Source of the DNA: an uncultured delta proteobacterium
GTDB lineage: Bacteria; Desulfobacterota; Binatia; Binatales; Binataceae
DNA length: 64,000 nt
Direction of reading: 5' to 3'
Assembly (NCBI GenBank): GCA_963765675.1
Contig: CAVXXK010000001.1
Span: forward strand, 2,272,001 to 2,336,000
Part shown: piece by piece, positions 61,511 to 64,000 of the stretch
Layout of the letters: each line of letters opens with the position of its first letter
Position numbering within the stretch: the stretch's first letter is position 1
The notes under the pieces: model-generated
Databases searched by the model: none
What the model was told of the DNA's origin: nothing
The model's input: only the letters and a program-made list of their open reading frames with translations
Position numbers and translations under genes: made by a program

Positions 61511-62959
61511 TCAGGCCGCAGCCTCCTGTTTCATTTGATTGCGGCGCGCACGCATCGTGGACAGGAACTGCATCCCTTCTTTCAGCAGGCGCCTGGTCTC
61601 CTCCGCCGACCCCATCATCTTGCGCACGGATTTGAAGATGTAGCGGGGGCGGAAATAAAAGCTGCGGTAGAACGCCTCGACCGATCCGTAAATCTCGTCG
61701 TTGGTCAGGCCCGGATAAGTAATGGTGCATTTCTGGTAACCGTCGCCATCGAGCAGCGGATCGACGGCCAGGAATCCATTGGCGGTCACGTACTCGAACA
61801 GCTCGGTGCCGGGGTATGGCGAGGCAAGCGAAACCTGGATCGTTTCGCAATCCATCTCGCGCGCGAACCTCATCGATTCCTGGATCGTGTCCTTGGTCTC
61901 GCCGGGCAGGCCCAGGATAAAGGTGCCGTGGATCAATATGCCGATTTCATGACAATCGCGGGTGAAGCGGCGCGCGCGGTCGAGGCCGACACCCTTCTTG
62001 ATGTTCTTCAGGATCTGCGCGTTGCCGGATTCGTAGCCGACCACGAACAGGCGCAGGCCGCCGTCCTTCATGATCTTCAGGGTTTCGTAATCGACGTTGG
62101 CGCGCGAGTTGGTGGACCAGGTGATCCCGAGCGGCTTCAGCAGTTGCGCGATCTTGCGTGCGCGCGCGGGGTCGGCGGTGAAAGTGTCATCATCGAAGAA
62201 CAGTTCCTTCATCTTGGGGAACTTGGCCTTCATCGCCGAGACTTCCTCGAACACGTTCTCGGGGCTGCGTACGCGATAGCGATGGCCCTGCGTCACCTGC
62301 GGCCACAGGCAAAAGGTGCACTTAGCCGGACATCCGCGCCCGGTGTACATCGAGACGTAAGGATACTGACAGTAGGGACTGTTGTACTTCAGGTAGTCGA
62401 GGTTCTTTTCATAAACCTCGGTCACGAACGGCAGCCGATCGAGCTCTTCGTCAGTCATCGCCGCACGGTCGGGATTGTGGCTGATCACGCCGTTTTGCTT
62501 GTAGCTGATTCCGTTGATCTTCGACCAATCCATCCCCTGCGCAACTTCGACCATCGAATGGTCGAACTCTTTGCGGCCTGCGATATCGATGGCCGGCGAG
62601 AGCTTCAGCACCTCGTCAGGACGGGCGGTAGGATGGCCTCCGACGAATGCGATGATCGTGTTTGGATTAGCGGCCTTTATAGCTTCGGCAGTCCGCGCGT
62701 CCATCCGGAGCGATGGCGTCGAGGTGTGGAGCACGACCAGATCGTAACCTTTTGCCTCCTCGATCGTCTTCTCCACCGTATAGCCATGCGGTGGTGCGTC
62801 GAGCAGGCGCGCCCCCGGAATCATTCCGGCCGGGTAGGCGAGCCAGGTAGGGTACCAAAAGGACCAGACCTCGCGCGTGGCCTGATATCGCGAGCCTGCG
62901 CCGCCATCGAAGTCGTCATACGAGGGCGGGTTCAGGAAAAGCGTCTTCATAACGTCCAT
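61511..62959 (-). CDS. hpnJ: Hopanoid biosynthesis radical SAM protein HpnJ
   Basis: MKTLFLNPPSYDDFDGGAGSRYQATRE, FWYPTWLA, CPAKCTFCLWPQ. Confidence 0.92.
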   Translation of the reverse strand: MDVMKTLFLNPPSYDDFDGGAGSRYQATREVWSFWYPTWLAYPAGMIPGARLLDAPPHGYTVEKTIEEAKGYDLVVLHTSTPSLRMDARTAEAIKAANPNTIIAFVGGHPTARPDEVLKLSPAIDIAGRKEFDHSMVEVAQGMDWSKINGISYKQNGVISHNPDRAAMTDEELDRLPFVTEVYEKNLDYLKYNSPYCQYPYVSMYTGRGCPAKCTFCLWPQVTQGHRYRVRSPENVFEEVSAMKAKFPKMKELFFDDDTFTADPARARKIAQLLKPLGITWSTNSRANVDYETLKIMKDGGLRLFVVGYESGNAQILKNIKKGVGLDRARRFTRDCHEIGILIHGTFILGLPGETKDTIQESMRFAREMDCETIQVSLASPYPGTELFEYVTANGFLAVDPLLDGDGYQKCTITYPGLTNDEIYGSVEAFYRSFYFRPRYIFKSVRKMMGSAEETRRLLKEGMQFLSTMRARRNQMKQEAAA

Positions 62960-63000
62960 ATTTGAGCAACTCCCCAGCCTGTCCGCTTGGTTAGTCGCTC

Positions 63001-63029
63001 AGTATATGGGCGCGAGCCTCGATGCGCAA
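63001..63029 (-). promoter_or_regulatory. sigma70 promoter for hpnJ-hpnI-DMT
   Basis: Minus strand TTGCGC-N17-TATACT, about 40 bp upstream of hpnJ. Confidence 0.6.
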
Positions 63030-63067
63030 GAATCAGTCCGAAATTGTGGCAATTTCAACAGGTAAGC

Positions 63068-64000
63068 TCATTCCTCAGCAATCGGGGCGACGGGAGCGGG
63101 GGTGGTTACGAATGCGATGGCGCCGGTCAGGCCGCCGATCATCGTTGCGGCGAACCATAGCAGGCCGAGCGCGATTGCGTCGTCGTGGCGCACGCCAGCC
63201 ATCCCGAACAGCATCAGGTAGGCGGTCTCGCGGATGCCGAGGCCGTTGAGCGTGAGCGGCAGGCTTGCGAATACGTTCGCGATCGGCACGCAGAGAAGAA
63301 AAATCGCGACCGGCGTCGTAAGCCCGAGCCCGCGCGCGAGCATCCACTGGCAGATCGCGAGCGAGATCTGCAGGATCAGCGAAAGCACGGCCGCCGGGAG
63401 CATCGTCTGCGGACGATGCAGATACGGCATCACGATATTTCCGGCGCGGCGGATCGGCCGCGGCATCAGATGCACGATCCGCGCGAGTAACGGCGCGGCG
63501 AGGAATCCCGCGAGCGCGATCACGCCGACAACGATCGTCGGGCGCAGCACTTCCGCCGACAGCGCGCTGTGTTCGAGCATCGCCATCGCGGCCGCGAGCC
63601 AGAACAGTGCGAGCAATCCGATCCCGCGATCGGCGACGACCGAGGCCACCGCCTCGCCCATCCTGCCGCTGTCGCGTCCGAGGTAGATCGCGCGCGCGGC
63701 GTCACCGCCGACGAGCCCCGGCACGAACAGATTCGTGAACATCCCGATAAAGTAGAACCGCAGGTACTGCGCGAAGCGCTCATGCACGTGCAGCACCGCG
63801 CCGAGCAGTTGCCATCGCCACGCCGACATCACCTGTCCCGCGACGTACAGCGCGATCGCGCCGGCGAACCATCCGAGATTTTCGCGCGGCAGGATTCGCA
63901 GGACCGGGCGCGCGTCGTAATGCCACAGCAGGAAAGCGATCACGACCAGGCCCAGCCCGGCGCGCATCGCGAACGCGCGATACGGATGCGCCCGCTTGGG
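63068..64000 (-). CDS. Lysylphosphatidylglycerol synthase TM/flippase-like protein (HpnL/UPF0104-like); 5' end may lie beyond the window
   Basis: AWRWQLL, FTNLFVPGLVGGDAAR, DRGIG, LPLTLNGLGIRE; frame stays open from ATG 63967 to the window edge. Confidence 0.8.
   Translation of the reverse strand, partial: PKRAHPYRAFAMRAGLGLVVIAFLLWHYDARPVLRILPRENLGWFAGAIALYVAGQVMSAWRWQLLGAVLHVHERFAQYLRFYFIGMFTNLFVPGLVGGDAARAIYLGRDSGRMGEAVASVVADRGIGLLALFWLAAAMAMLEHSALSAEVLRPTIVVGVIALAGFLAAPLLARIVHLMPRPIRRAGNIVMPYLHRPQTMLPAAVLSLILQISLAICQWMLARGLGLTTPVAIFLLCVPIANVFASLPLTLNGLGIRETAYLMLFGMAGVRHDDAIALGLLWFAATMIGGLTGAIAFVTTPAPVAPIAEE

Noticed and set aside
60191-62965. 924-aa plus-strand ORF spanning the DMT gene start, hpnI and hpnJ
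   Set aside because: Antisense shadow of in-register genes; no protein-like motifs.

Overview
High-GC bacterial chromosomal window with no mobile-element genes or CRISPR array. The RpoA N-terminus (MQNDWRDLTKPK), gene order and hopanoid genes suggest a deltaproteobacterial-grade or Binatota-like organism (inference only). 1-5.6 kb: lptG (partial), lptF, rlmB and a cytoplasmic 4xPAS hybrid histidine kinase with a sigma54-type promoter. 5.6-38.6 kb: an uninterrupted translation/transcription supercluster (tRNA-Thr/Tyr/Gly/Thr, rpmG, tRNA-Trp, secE, nusG, rplKAJL, rpoBC, str, S10, spc and alpha operons); tuf occurs only once here. 38.6-64 kb is accessory: PhyH dioxygenase, aldo/keto reductase, tldD/pmbA, an atypical Crp/Fnr regulator, a form II coxSLM-G molybdenum hydroxylase, clpB, a cupredoxin plus cytochrome c pair, a CzcCBA-like RND pump with a sigma54-type promoter, an SMP-30 lactonase, and a hopanoid-tailoring locus (hpnL-like, hpnJ, hpnI, DMT-like protein). 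Two 1-bp insertions (rpsM and the AKR gene) are most likely sequencing errors. Most notable: natural S12 K88R, a non-canonical L22 tunnel loop, a Cys4 insert in EF-Tu, widespread Ala/Pro/Lys tails on translation proteins, a multi-hairpin non-coding element ahead of the tRNA promoter, and the cupredoxin-cytochrome c-RND module. No clearly novel system can be proven from sequence alone.
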